From positions 21,563 through 85,562 of the forward strand of contig JAYRWT010000044.1 in assembly GCA_041917855.1 (NCBI GenBank): a stretch of 64,000 nt of DNA, in the 5' to 3' direction. How positions within the stretch are numbered: position 1 is the first letter of the stretch; each line of letters starts with the position of its first letter. The notes beneath the pieces were generated by a model, which saw nothing but the letters and a program-made list of their open reading frames with translations, made no database searches and was not told where the DNA came from. This DNA is from Patescibacteria group bacterium (lineage in GTDB: Bacteria; Patescibacteriota; UBA1384; CAILIB01). A program made the translations under genes and the position numbers. Positions 56,350 through 64,000 of the stretch are shown piece after piece.

Positions 56350-56802
56350 TTCTATAGTCCTTTCGAATTGATCTTTCCCACATTCAGAACCGTCGAATAA
56401 GTAACAGGCAGCGCTTTTGCATAGTGATCTGGCTGAGAAGTGTGTACCGCAAGGTACGTGGATGACTGGTTCACAGCACTCAACCAGAAGGTTACCTTAG
56501 GCTTCAAGCCATACAACCATCTGTCTCTGTGACCACGCCCGCTTCTTGGCTGGATCACTGGGCACAAGCGTTTTTTATTTCAGAGGGGCAACCCGACGGA
56601 ACTGAACCGATCTGCTCCCAGTCTACTGAAACTTTCCTTGCAGGATTGGTGAAGTAGATCGGTGCGCTCAGTAAGCATCGGAATTTGAAAATGAGGTAGT
56701 ATGATCCGCCCGGACGTACATCTCTACATATATAGATTTTTACCAAGCACCAGGTGGGTGTCGCAAGCATGCGTTATATGCACGATTAGGAGCAAAAAAG
56801 AC

Positions 56803-57921
56803 ATGAAGAAGATCATTCCTCTCGTCGCCCTGGCGCTCGCTCTTGCGGTCGCGCCCATGACCTCTTTCGCCCAAACAACGGGTGGGGGAACCGGTAACGG
56901 CACAGCGACCACCGTGAATAATGGTGGGGCGTCTCGTGCGACCAGTGTTGGGCTCAGCCTCTGGACAGAAGTTCAGAAGTTTAGCCAGGCCGGCCTGGAG
57001 TTGAGCATTAACCTGCGCAACAATCGGTCGGGTCAGCTGGTGACCGGAATCAAGGGCAAGACCCTTGAAATGATTCCTTTTTGGGGAGTCGCTGGCATCG
57101 ATTACACGATCGAGATCGAGATCTTGCCGCAGGCGGCAGGTCTCCGATTCGATCGTAATGGTCGGCCTCTCATGAAAGTGAGGGCTACCGGCGATGACTC
57201 AACTGATCAGCGAATCACGCTGAGCAAGCCTGATGAGAAGGGAAGAGTTGTTGTAAAGATCAACCTGGCTAAGTTCACCGGCGCCGAAATGATCAATTTC
57301 GGGTGCAGGGTGGACATGGCTACAGGAAGAGACTACAGCAAGACTCTCTGTATCACATGGTCAGCTCGCGACCACTACGAAGGGGCGATGGCCCGGATCA
57401 CCATTCCCGTAAAGGGCGTGTGGCCCAAGGACATCCCCCTTAATGACGACAGCGTCGCAGACTACCAAGTCCTCGCCGCGGCCGAGACCGTGACGAATGT
57501 CCCCCAGAACATTGGTGGGATCATTCGTTACGCCAACTCACAAGCCCTGACGGATGCTCTGCGCAGGCTGCACAACCCGCAGCCTGTACAGCAGGATCCG
57601 CCAGTCGTCACGACCCAAACCGTTACTGTCACAGTCGACCAGAAGGGTCGAATTGTTGAGAGTGATTCGGCAAAGTGTCCCTTTGTCGTCTCCACGAAGG
57701 ACGGAGATCTCATCATCAAGGCGTTTAACCCGAGTGAGGTTACAGTCTACTGGAAGCTCCAAGACGGATATAACGTCAACGGAGCTAAGGCAGGCAAAAA
57801 CCTTATCGGTGCCGACCCGCTCGTGATGATGAAAGAGGCCTTGGCCTCCGTAGACATCGAGTGGAAAGACCTGGACGGCAAGGTTCACGTGTACATCGTG
57901 AACCTGGCCTCCGCCAACTGA
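56803..57921 (+). CDS. Hypothetical secreted protein, in a high-GC cassette
   Basis: Start moved to ATG 56803, which has an AGGAGC Shine-Dalgarno; signal peptide MKKIIPLVALALALAVAPMTSFA. Coding GC by eye near 60%, against about 48-50% in the flanks. Confidence 0.55.
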   Translation: MKKIIPLVALALALAVAPMTSFAQTTGGGTGNGTATTVNNGGASRATSVGLSLWTEVQKFSQAGLELSINLRNNRSGQLVTGIKGKTLEMIPFWGVAGIDYTIEIEILPQAAGLRFDRNGRPLMKVRATGDDSTDQRITLSKPDEKGRVVVKINLAKFTGAEMINFGCRVDMATGRDYSKTLCITWSARDHYEGAMARITIPVKGVWPKDIPLNDDSVADYQVLAAAETVTNVPQNIGGIIRYANSQALTDALRRLHNPQPVQQDPPVVTTQTVTVTVDQKGRIVESDSAKCPFVVSTKDGDLIIKAFNPSEVTVYWKLQDGYNVNGAKAGKNLIGADPLVMMKEALASVDIEWKDLDGKVHVYIVNLASAN

Positions 57922-57931
57922 GAGAAAAAGA

Positions 57932-59050
57932 ATGAAGTTTATCGCTTTAATCATCAGTCTGGTCTTGGCCGCTTGCGGCTTTGGTCAGACCCTCGACATC
58001 AAGCCAACGAACTCCGGTTCGGTGGCTACAACCAAGGACACGGTGACCATCTACCGTATGGAAAGAAAGGACGGAGTCGTCCAACAGACCATCAAAGTGA
58101 TGCCCGCCAGCACACCAGAAGAGCGTGCAGCGGTGGTAGCCCAGCGAGGCTTCCGTACAATCAACCTTGCGAAGGTGTCTGCCGAGAAAAAGGCGGCACT
58201 TGCAAGGGCTGAGCTGTCGGAGGCTCAGTTGAATGCTCGGCAGGGGATTGCGGCGGAGTTTCCGCCCGGGGCCTTCTACCAAGCGGACTACAGCGACGTG
58301 GCAATGTTCACCTCACACACTGAGCGGATTACCCAAGGTCACTACGACCCTGATCCTATGGTGTGGAAAGGTGTAGAACGTGTTCGGCTTCCTCACGAGG
58401 CCCAACCGCTGCTCGGGTGGATGGTCTTCAAGAAGCGGTCAGGAATCAAGTACTACCGGTTTGGTTACGTTGACGAAAATGAAGACGTAGTTGGCCTGAG
58501 TACTCCTGATCCGGCGACCGGAAAGTCGAAACCATTGTTCTACACTGAGGTTTGGAGCCACCCCCAAGCGGGAGGAAAAACCACCGAGGCGTACCTGAAC
58601 TTTGGTTTCGCCACCAATGCCACACGCTGCAAAAACCACTTCCCAACAGTCACGCTCAGCAGCTCCGCCTTCATGGTGGAGCGACCGACCTTGACCAAGC
58701 AAGTGGATCGCTACCGAGAGGTGGTGCGCACACTTACTACTACGGTCACCACCACAGTGGAGAAGACCGTCAGGGTGAACGTGCCGCAGGTGCCTAACAT
58801 GGGTGGAGGGATATTCATCGCCTTCAACGGCTATAGCCAGGTCAATGACAGTCAGCAGATCCGGACGGAGATGATCACTATGGATCTCTTCTTCTTTAGC
58901 GCAGGCTGCCGTCGTCTGCCCAAAACTGTCTGTGATGACGGTTGGGCCATTGACTGGGACAACCTTCCAGGCAGCTTTGGCGATACTGGTCCCAACCCGT
59001 GGTTGGGCGGGGACACCGAATGGGGTCCACCACCTCCTCGGGGAGGCTAG
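57932..59050 (+). CDS. Hypothetical lipoprotein, in the same high-GC cassette
   Basis: Lipobox LVLAAC|G after the MKFIALIISLV signal; Gly/Pro/Trp-rich C-terminus. Confidence 0.55.
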   Translation: MKFIALIISLVLAACGFGQTLDIKPTNSGSVATTKDTVTIYRMERKDGVVQQTIKVMPASTPEERAAVVAQRGFRTINLAKVSAEKKAALARAELSEAQLNARQGIAAEFPPGAFYQADYSDVAMFTSHTERITQGHYDPDPMVWKGVERVRLPHEAQPLLGWMVFKKRSGIKYYRFGYVDENEDVVGLSTPDPATGKSKPLFYTEVWSHPQAGGKTTEAYLNFGFATNATRCKNHFPTVTLSSSAFMVERPTLTKQVDRYREVVRTLTTTVTTTVEKTVRVNVPQVPNMGGGIFIAFNGYSQVNDSQQIRTEMITMDLFFFSAGCRRLPKTVCDDGWAIDWDNLPGSFGDTGPNPWLGGDTEWGPPPPRGG

Positions 59051-59091
59051 TCCAAAAAGCGGTTAACTCACCGCGCCCAAACGAGAAATTC

Positions 59092-59130
59092 TCAGGCCTA
59101 CCTTGCCAACGCGAGGGGGCCTGATTTTTT
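59092..59130 (+). terminator. Possible terminator
   Basis: TCAGGCC...GGCCTGA stem with a long loop, followed by TTTTTTATT. Confidence 0.35.
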
Positions 59131-59332
59131 ATTGCAAAAAGTTCATGTCAATTTCACATATAACCTGCTACCAGAGCCTTTTTCTATTGACAAATCTGTA
59201 AAAAAATGGTAAATAGAAATGTTAACAGTGTTACGGGTAGTCAGTCGTGAGACTGCCTCACCACCGCTTAACGAATACCCGCTCCTATAGCTAAAAAGGA
59301 GAAGGTACAGTTTAATCGTAACGTACACACAT

Positions 59333-61276
59333 ATGCTATCGCTTTTCACAAAGCTAGCGCGTGCTGCTAAAAAGCTACTTCCGGTAGCTGTACTCGGTCT
59401 TGCTGCGTCTGCTGGTGTCCTCACTGCAGTTGCTGACGGTCCAGAGTTCAACAACGGAGCGCTTGATCCCGCAACACTGCGCGGTGTAATCGCTGGGGAG
59501 AGTGCAAACAACCTCTCTACCACGGTTAACGCCACTGTAGGTCAGACGGTAAACCTAGTTATCTGGGTTCACAACAACCGCCCTGATACTACTGCTATCA
59601 ACACTCGGGCTAAGGTAGCCCTCCCGAGTACCATCGGCACTACCCACCAGGCAACTGGGCGAGTAAGCGCTGATAACGCAAGTCCTGCGAATGGTCTCAC
59701 CACTATCAACGTAGGCACCGAGAGTAAGCTCTCGTATGTGCCAAACTCCGCGCGTCTGTACAAGGCAGTTCCTAACGGAAACCAACTTGTCATGACCGAA
59801 GTTTCTTGGCCACAGGGTACAAATGGTAACGATGTAGTTGGTCCTAATGGTGTTAACCTAGGCAACATCAACGGTTGTTACCAGTACACACAGGCAGTTC
59901 TTATTCAGGTGCGTGTCGATGGAACCACTCCACAGATTACCGCCGAAAAGAAAGTTGCCAAGAGTGATGGTACAGGTGAAGCAGACACTATTGCTGCTAA
60001 CCCCAATGACCGCGTTCGTTTCCGCATTTACGTGCGAAACACTGGTACCGGAACAGGTACCAACACTACTGTTGTAGATACCCTCGACGCTAAGTTGAGC
60101 TATGTCGCCGGTAGTTCATGGATTCGCTACAAAGAAAACGGTGTAGATAAGGATTACAACTTCAACGATGCTGGTTCAGACATCGCGTTTGAAACCCTCG
60201 CTGATGGTAAGACCAAGATTACGTGGAAGTGGCGCGATATGGCTCCAGCTGCCTCGTCTTCGTTCTACCTGTACTTTAACGCTCGCCTCGCTGACACTAA
60301 CGCCTTCCCAATTGGTGACACAACTATCCCTAACACTGCGAACGCATGTTTCGGCACCCTGTGTACAACCACCAATCAGGTAACAGTTACTGTTCACCGC
60401 GATGTTGACCCAGTTGTAAGCTTCACCCTTGCAAAGGCTGCAGCTAACCTTGGTTCAAGCGAGTGGAAAGAAATTGTTCCCCTAAACGCTGTTCCTGGTG
60501 AGACCATCGCTTTCCGCCTGGTTCTTACCAACACCGGTAACACTACCGCTACCAACGTTACCCTTAAGGATATCCTACCTAACGGGCTGACTTTCGTTCC
60601 TGGTTACACGTATCTGTATAACAAGGACACAGGTAGCAACGGTTCTCAGATTACCAACGACACCGTTCTGGTGAACAATGGGTACGTATTCGCCTCTGTG
60701 GCAACTGGTACCCTCAACCAACAGATTATCGTGTTCCGCGCTAAGGTTGCGGACACCGTCTGTGGCAGCATTATCAATACTGCAAAAGTGTTCTGGAATA
60801 ACGCCGAACGCGCTCAAGACACCGCTGAAGTTATTGCTAACTGCCAGCCAGGTCTGAACATTGTAAAGCAGGTAAAGGACAACACTACCAGTGCATACTT
60901 GAAGGAAATCTTCAATGTACGTGAGAGTGAAGTACTAACCTTCCGTGTTGTGGTAAGTAACACCGGTAACACCACACTGAACAACGTAGTTGCTCGCGAT
61001 GTGTTGCCAGCTGGTCTCAGCTTTGTACCGGGTAGCCTGACCATTGACGGTCAGCGTTACAACGACACTGATGCCGCTAAGTTCTTCAACGCTGGTCTCA
61101 TTTTGACCAACCTGACTCAGAACATGAGCAAGACCATCATTTACCAGGTACGCGTTCCTGATTGTCCAAACGACGATCTGCGTCTCGTGAACACCGCGTT
61201 CGCCAAGGCTACTGGTATTGCCGAAAAGAACGACACTGCGATTGTTAACGTTAAAGTCCGTATCCCTGGCTTTTAA
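59333..61276 (+). CDS. Large secreted surface protein with DUF11-like (CARDB/conserved repeat) beta-sandwich repeats
   Basis: Signal peptide; repeated ...TNTGNTTATNVTLKDILPNGLTFVPG... and ...SNTGNTTLNNVVARDVLPAGLSFVPG... modules; no C-terminal sorting signal. Confidence 0.6.
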   Translation: MLSLFTKLARAAKKLLPVAVLGLAASAGVLTAVADGPEFNNGALDPATLRGVIAGESANNLSTTVNATVGQTVNLVIWVHNNRPDTTAINTRAKVALPSTIGTTHQATGRVSADNASPANGLTTINVGTESKLSYVPNSARLYKAVPNGNQLVMTEVSWPQGTNGNDVVGPNGVNLGNINGCYQYTQAVLIQVRVDGTTPQITAEKKVAKSDGTGEADTIAANPNDRVRFRIYVRNTGTGTGTNTTVVDTLDAKLSYVAGSSWIRYKENGVDKDYNFNDAGSDIAFETLADGKTKITWKWRDMAPAASSSFYLYFNARLADTNAFPIGDTTIPNTANACFGTLCTTTNQVTVTVHRDVDPVVSFTLAKAAANLGSSEWKEIVPLNAVPGETIAFRLVLTNTGNTTATNVTLKDILPNGLTFVPGYTYLYNKDTGSNGSQITNDTVLVNNGYVFASVATGTLNQQIIVFRAKVADTVCGSIINTAKVFWNNAERAQDTAEVIANCQPGLNIVKQVKDNTTSAYLKEIFNVRESEVLTFRVVVSNTGNTTLNNVVARDVLPAGLSFVPGSLTIDGQRYNDTDAAKFFNAGLILTNLTQNMSKTIIYQVRVPDCPNDDLRLVNTAFAKATGIAEKNDTAIVNVKVRIPGF

Positions 61277-61362
61277 GCCTGGGGTACTGGACAACGTTAG
61301 AAAAACGTGCTATAGTAGCGCGAAATCGCAAGTACAGCACGTATTAACCCTAACGCAACCGT

Positions 61363-62637
61363 ATGATCAATCGTAGCAACACAATCCGAAACATTCTCGG
61401 TGTGTTGGCCATTGCCTCACTGCTGGGTGGAGTAACCTCCTCTGCTCTTGCCGCTGAGCGCGCTCGTTTCAATGACCTTAGTGGTGACCTTGAAATGCTG
61501 CGTGGCCGTAATATTACCAAGAATGGTCCGGTAACCAAAGTTGGTTCAGATCTTATCGATCCTGTATCCGACGTAGAGAATAATGACCTGGTAGATGTGT
61601 GGTTGTACTACCACAACACCAACCCGAGTGCAGTAGCTGAGAATGTTCGCCTAAGGGTAAACCTTCCTACTACCGCCTCGTATAGCCACAAGATTACAGG
61701 ATCGATTTCTGCAGATAACGCAGACACTGTAACCGGTACCGTGGTGAACGGTGTAGAAAAAGGTCAGCCAGGCATGACCATTAACACGGTCAAACTATCT
61801 AAGATCAATTACGTTCCAGGTTCCTTCAAGTGGTACCCGAACGTAACCAGTCTAGGTATTACCAATTCAGCAGCCCTCCCAGGTGGTCAGAACGGTGACA
61901 CGCTTGTTTCAGGTGGTATCACCATCGGCGATCTGAACGGTTGTTTCCAGTACTCTGGTTTCGTAAAGGTTACCGTTAAGGTAATCGACGAGCCGGTACA
62001 GGAAGATAAGGCCATCCTTTCGGTTTCTAAGGACGTTCGTCTCGATCAGAGCGGTACGGTCTTTACCGAAGAGAACCGTATCAAACCAGGTGAGCAGGTT
62101 GTGTACCGTCTAACCGTTCGCAACAGCGATGGTAAGGGTATTGCCAAGAACGTTCGCCTAAAAGATACACTGCCTGCTGGCGTAACCTATGTTGGTCCAA
62201 CATACCTGACCCGCAACGGTAACACTGTACAGCTTCCAGATGGAATCACCTCTGCTGAAGGTATTGTCATCTTGAGTGATCTCCAGCCACTGGAAACGGT
62301 CACCGTAACCTTTAAAGCTAAGTCTGCTACTACCTTTGTTAACGACTCCTGTGTTGTGAACACCGTTCGCGTCTCAGGTCAGAACGTGGCAAACAACCCA
62401 GCAGATGATACTGCCAAGACGTGTTTCGATGTGCCGCCTACTCCTACTCCGACCCCAACCCCTACACCAACTCCAACTACTCCTCCGGTGAACCCACCGC
62501 ATGAGCTGCCAAAGACTGGTGCCGAGGTTAACCTGCTTGCAGGTCTTGGTCTCGTAGGTGCCGCCGGTACAACTGGCCGCTACCTCCAGCTTAAGCGCAA
62601 GCTGAAGAAGAGTGCTCGTTCGCTCGACATCATCTAA
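61363..62637 (+). CDS. LPXTG cell-wall-anchored surface protein, paralog of the upstream gene (DUF11-like domain, PT-repeat stalk)
   Basis: Signal peptide; the N-terminal domain parallels the upstream protein (GDLNGCFQYSGFVKV vs GNINGCYQYTQAV). (PT)n linker. C-terminal LPKTG, a hydrophobic stretch and an RYLQLKRKLKK tail. Confidence 0.7.
   Translation: MINRSNTIRNILGVLAIASLLGGVTSSALAAERARFNDLSGDLEMLRGRNITKNGPVTKVGSDLIDPVSDVENNDLVDVWLYYHNTNPSAVAENVRLRVNLPTTASYSHKITGSISADNADTVTGTVVNGVEKGQPGMTINTVKLSKINYVPGSFKWYPNVTSLGITNSAALPGGQNGDTLVSGGITIGDLNGCFQYSGFVKVTVKVIDEPVQEDKAILSVSKDVRLDQSGTVFTEENRIKPGEQVVYRLTVRNSDGKGIAKNVRLKDTLPAGVTYVGPTYLTRNGNTVQLPDGITSAEGIVILSDLQPLETVTVTFKAKSATTFVNDSCVVNTVRVSGQNVANNPADDTAKTCFDVPPTPTPTPTPTPTPTTPPVNPPHELPKTGAEVNLLAGLGLVGAAGTTGRYLQLKRKLKKSARSLDII
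62437..62486 (+). repeat. Coding Pro-Thr dipeptide tandem repeat (PTPTPTPTPTPTPTTPP stalk)
   Basis: cctactcctactccgaccccaacccctacaccaactccaact. Confidence 0.6.
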
Positions 62638-62643
62638 GCTAGC

Positions 62644-63765
62644 TTGGAAAGAAAAGGCTCCCTCCGGGGAGTCTTTTCTGATACCCTGAAAACCATGAAA
62701 CAGGAGTTAGAGGCTCGATTTATTCGAATCTGCGAAGTGCTGCAGCGATCTACCAAGCAAGCACGCCTGTTAGAAGTGCGAGCTGCTGTATCTGATCCGA
62801 CCCTCTGGGATGACCAAGAACGTGCTGTAGGCCTTCAGACTGAGCTCTCAGAGCTTGAAAGCCTAATCACACGCCTAGATGATACTGAGGCCCTTCTTGA
62901 GCTTTCTGAGCAGGAACAGGAGCTATCCGATGTGGCTATCGAGATCGCAAACCTCGAGCGCCTAGCTATTTTGTCCGGTGAGCACGACAATGCCACTGCA
63001 ATTCTGACTATTCACGCAGGTACTGGCGGTACCGACGCGCAAGATTGGGCTCAAATGCTCGAAAGAATGTTTTTGCGCTATGTAGAATCTGGAACGACTG
63101 AACTGCCAGAAGATCGTACGCTGAGCGTTCTGCGCAGTAACTGGAAAGCAGAGCTCTTAGATGAGAATAGGGGAGAAGAGGCGGGAATAAAAAAAGCTAC
63201 TATCCGAGTAACGGGCTCGTATGCCTTTGGCCTGCTTAAGGCAGAAGCGGGAGTGCATCGCCTGGTACGGCAGTCACCATTTAATGCCAAAGGTTTGCGC
63301 CAGACGAGCTTTGCCTTGGTAGAGGTAATTCCAGAGGTAGACCAGAGTAAAGCCCCTCAGATTGCTGAATCTGAGCTGAAAATTGATGTCTTTCGCTCCG
63401 GTGGAGCTGGTGGCCAGCATGTAAATACTACTGATTCGGCCGTCAGAATAACCCATATCCCCAGTGGTATCGTGGTAACCGTGCAGAATGAACGCAGTCA
63501 GCAGCAGAATAAGGCCACCGCTCTTAAAATCCTGCAATCTAGGCTTAGTCTGTTGCAAGCCCTGAAAAACGCTGAGGAACTTGCTATACTCAAGGGCGAG
63601 GTAAAAGAGGGAAGTTGGGGGAACCAAATTCGCTCCTATGTGCTTCACCCATACCAGCTGGTTAAAGATCATCGTACCGAATACGAAACCTCACAGACCA
63701 CAGCCGTCCTCGACGGTGATTTACAAGGATTCATTGAGGCCTATTTAACTAAAACAACCGTGTAG
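62644..63765 (+). CDS. prfB: Peptide chain release factor 2
   Basis: GGQ motif (SGGAGGQHVNTTDSAVRITHIPSGIVV) and RF2-specific SPF motif (RQSPFNAKG). Start is either TTG 62644 or ATG 62695; no upstream frame-0 ORF for a programmed +1 frameshift. Confidence 0.85.
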   Translation: MERKGSLRGVFSDTLKTMKQELEARFIRICEVLQRSTKQARLLEVRAAVSDPTLWDDQERAVGLQTELSELESLITRLDDTEALLELSEQEQELSDVAIEIANLERLAILSGEHDNATAILTIHAGTGGTDAQDWAQMLERMFLRYVESGTTELPEDRTLSVLRSNWKAELLDENRGEEAGIKKATIRVTGSYAFGLLKAEAGVHRLVRQSPFNAKGLRQTSFALVEVIPEVDQSKAPQIAESELKIDVFRSGGAGGQHVNTTDSAVRITHIPSGIVVTVQNERSQQQNKATALKILQSRLSLLQALKNAEELAILKGEVKEGSWGNQIRSYVLHPYQLVKDHRTEYETSQTTAVLDGDLQGFIEAYLTKTTV

Positions 63766-63767
63766 CT

Positions 63768-64000
63768 ATGGCAAATCCATTCTCAAAAGCAAAGGACACC
63801 TACGAGCTCGTCAAAAAGGCAAAAGCCTTACAAAAAGAGCTCAAAGAAACAGAGGTCGAGGCGAGCAACTCTGACGAAACACTGACGGTAGTATTCAATG
63901 GTGAACAGCGTTTAATCAGTGTAGACATCGACGAAAGCTGGCTCGAACCTGACAAAAAGCGCGATCTAGAAAAAGCTCTCGTGAACGTAATCGGCCAGGC
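63768..64000 (+). CDS. ybaB: YbaB/EbfC-family nucleoid-associated protein, partial (truncated by window end)
   Basis: MANPFSKAKDTYELVKKAKALQKELKETEVEASNSDETLTVVFNGEQRLISVDIDESWLEPDKKRDLEKALVNVIGQ matches the YbaB pattern (MQ.KMQ..Q.EL...EV.G..G.G.V.V..NG......V.ID..L...D.E.LEDL). Confidence 0.6.
   Translation, partial: MANPFSKAKDTYELVKKAKALQKELKETEVEASNSDETLTVVFNGEQRLISVDIDESWLEPDKKRDLEKALVNVIGQ

Noticed and set aside
62655-62685. Sequence GGGGAG-TCTTTTCTGA, resembling the RF2 frameshift cassette AGGGGG-TAT-CTT-TGA-C
   Set aside because: The would-be frame-0 leader has no ATG and is closed by TAG at 62640-62642 immediately upstream. The resemblance is therefore coincidental or a decayed relic. 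Not called as a recoding site.
1-64000. CRISPR arrays, rRNA genes, integrase or transposase genes
   Set aside because: No regularly spaced direct repeats, no rRNA-like conserved stretches and no recombinase motifs were seen anywhere in the window.

Overview
The window is a 64 kb chromosomal segment at roughly 50% GC (by eye) from a small-genome, monoderm-type bacterium. Its gene content (full type IV pilus locus, an LPXTG surface protein, L-lactate permease, a heliorhodopsin, DprA) fits Saccharibacteria/CPR-like (Patescibacteria) genomes, but this placement is inference only. Housekeeping genes are interleaved with accessory ones. The left end (1-11 kb) carries an HxlR regulator, an NADPH:FMN reductase, a lactate permease, a compact flavin electron-transfer trio (FMN-binding protein, ApbE flavin transferase, and an RnfD/NqrB-like membrane domain fused to an FNR-like reductase), a beta-lactamase-fold hydrolase, a P-type ATPase and a CcdA/thioredoxin pair. 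The 11-20 kb stretch holds an ECF sigma/anti-sigma pair directly upstream of a clear heliorhodopsin, two divergent guanylate-kinase-like paralogs, and secreted BNR-repeat and LytM-like proteins. At 21-26 kb is a tRNA-proximal accessory islet with a transglutaminase-like cysteine protease, a divergent unknown gene and a palindromic operator. It lies next to a tRNA-Trp / rpmG / tRNA-Tyr / tRNA-Thr / HNH endonuclease / tRNA-Thr cluster. A complete type IV pilus locus occupies 26-41.5 kb (PilN/O-like, PilB, PilT, PilC, four tandem pilins, PilD, four minor pilins), interrupted by an antisense TPR protein and ABC transporter. Housekeeping genes follow (rsmH, rnhA, ileS, ftsW/rodA, rplU, secE, nusG, rplK, a truncated mfd, dprA, topA, recR, cysS, prfB, partial ybaB). 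Synteny breaks after rplK at an inverted-repeat element. Near the right end is a GC-rich two-gene cassette of secreted proteins, followed by two paralogous DUF11-like surface proteins, one LPXTG-anchored. Several intergenic regions have strong hairpins or possible structured RNAs. No rRNA or CRISPR array is present.
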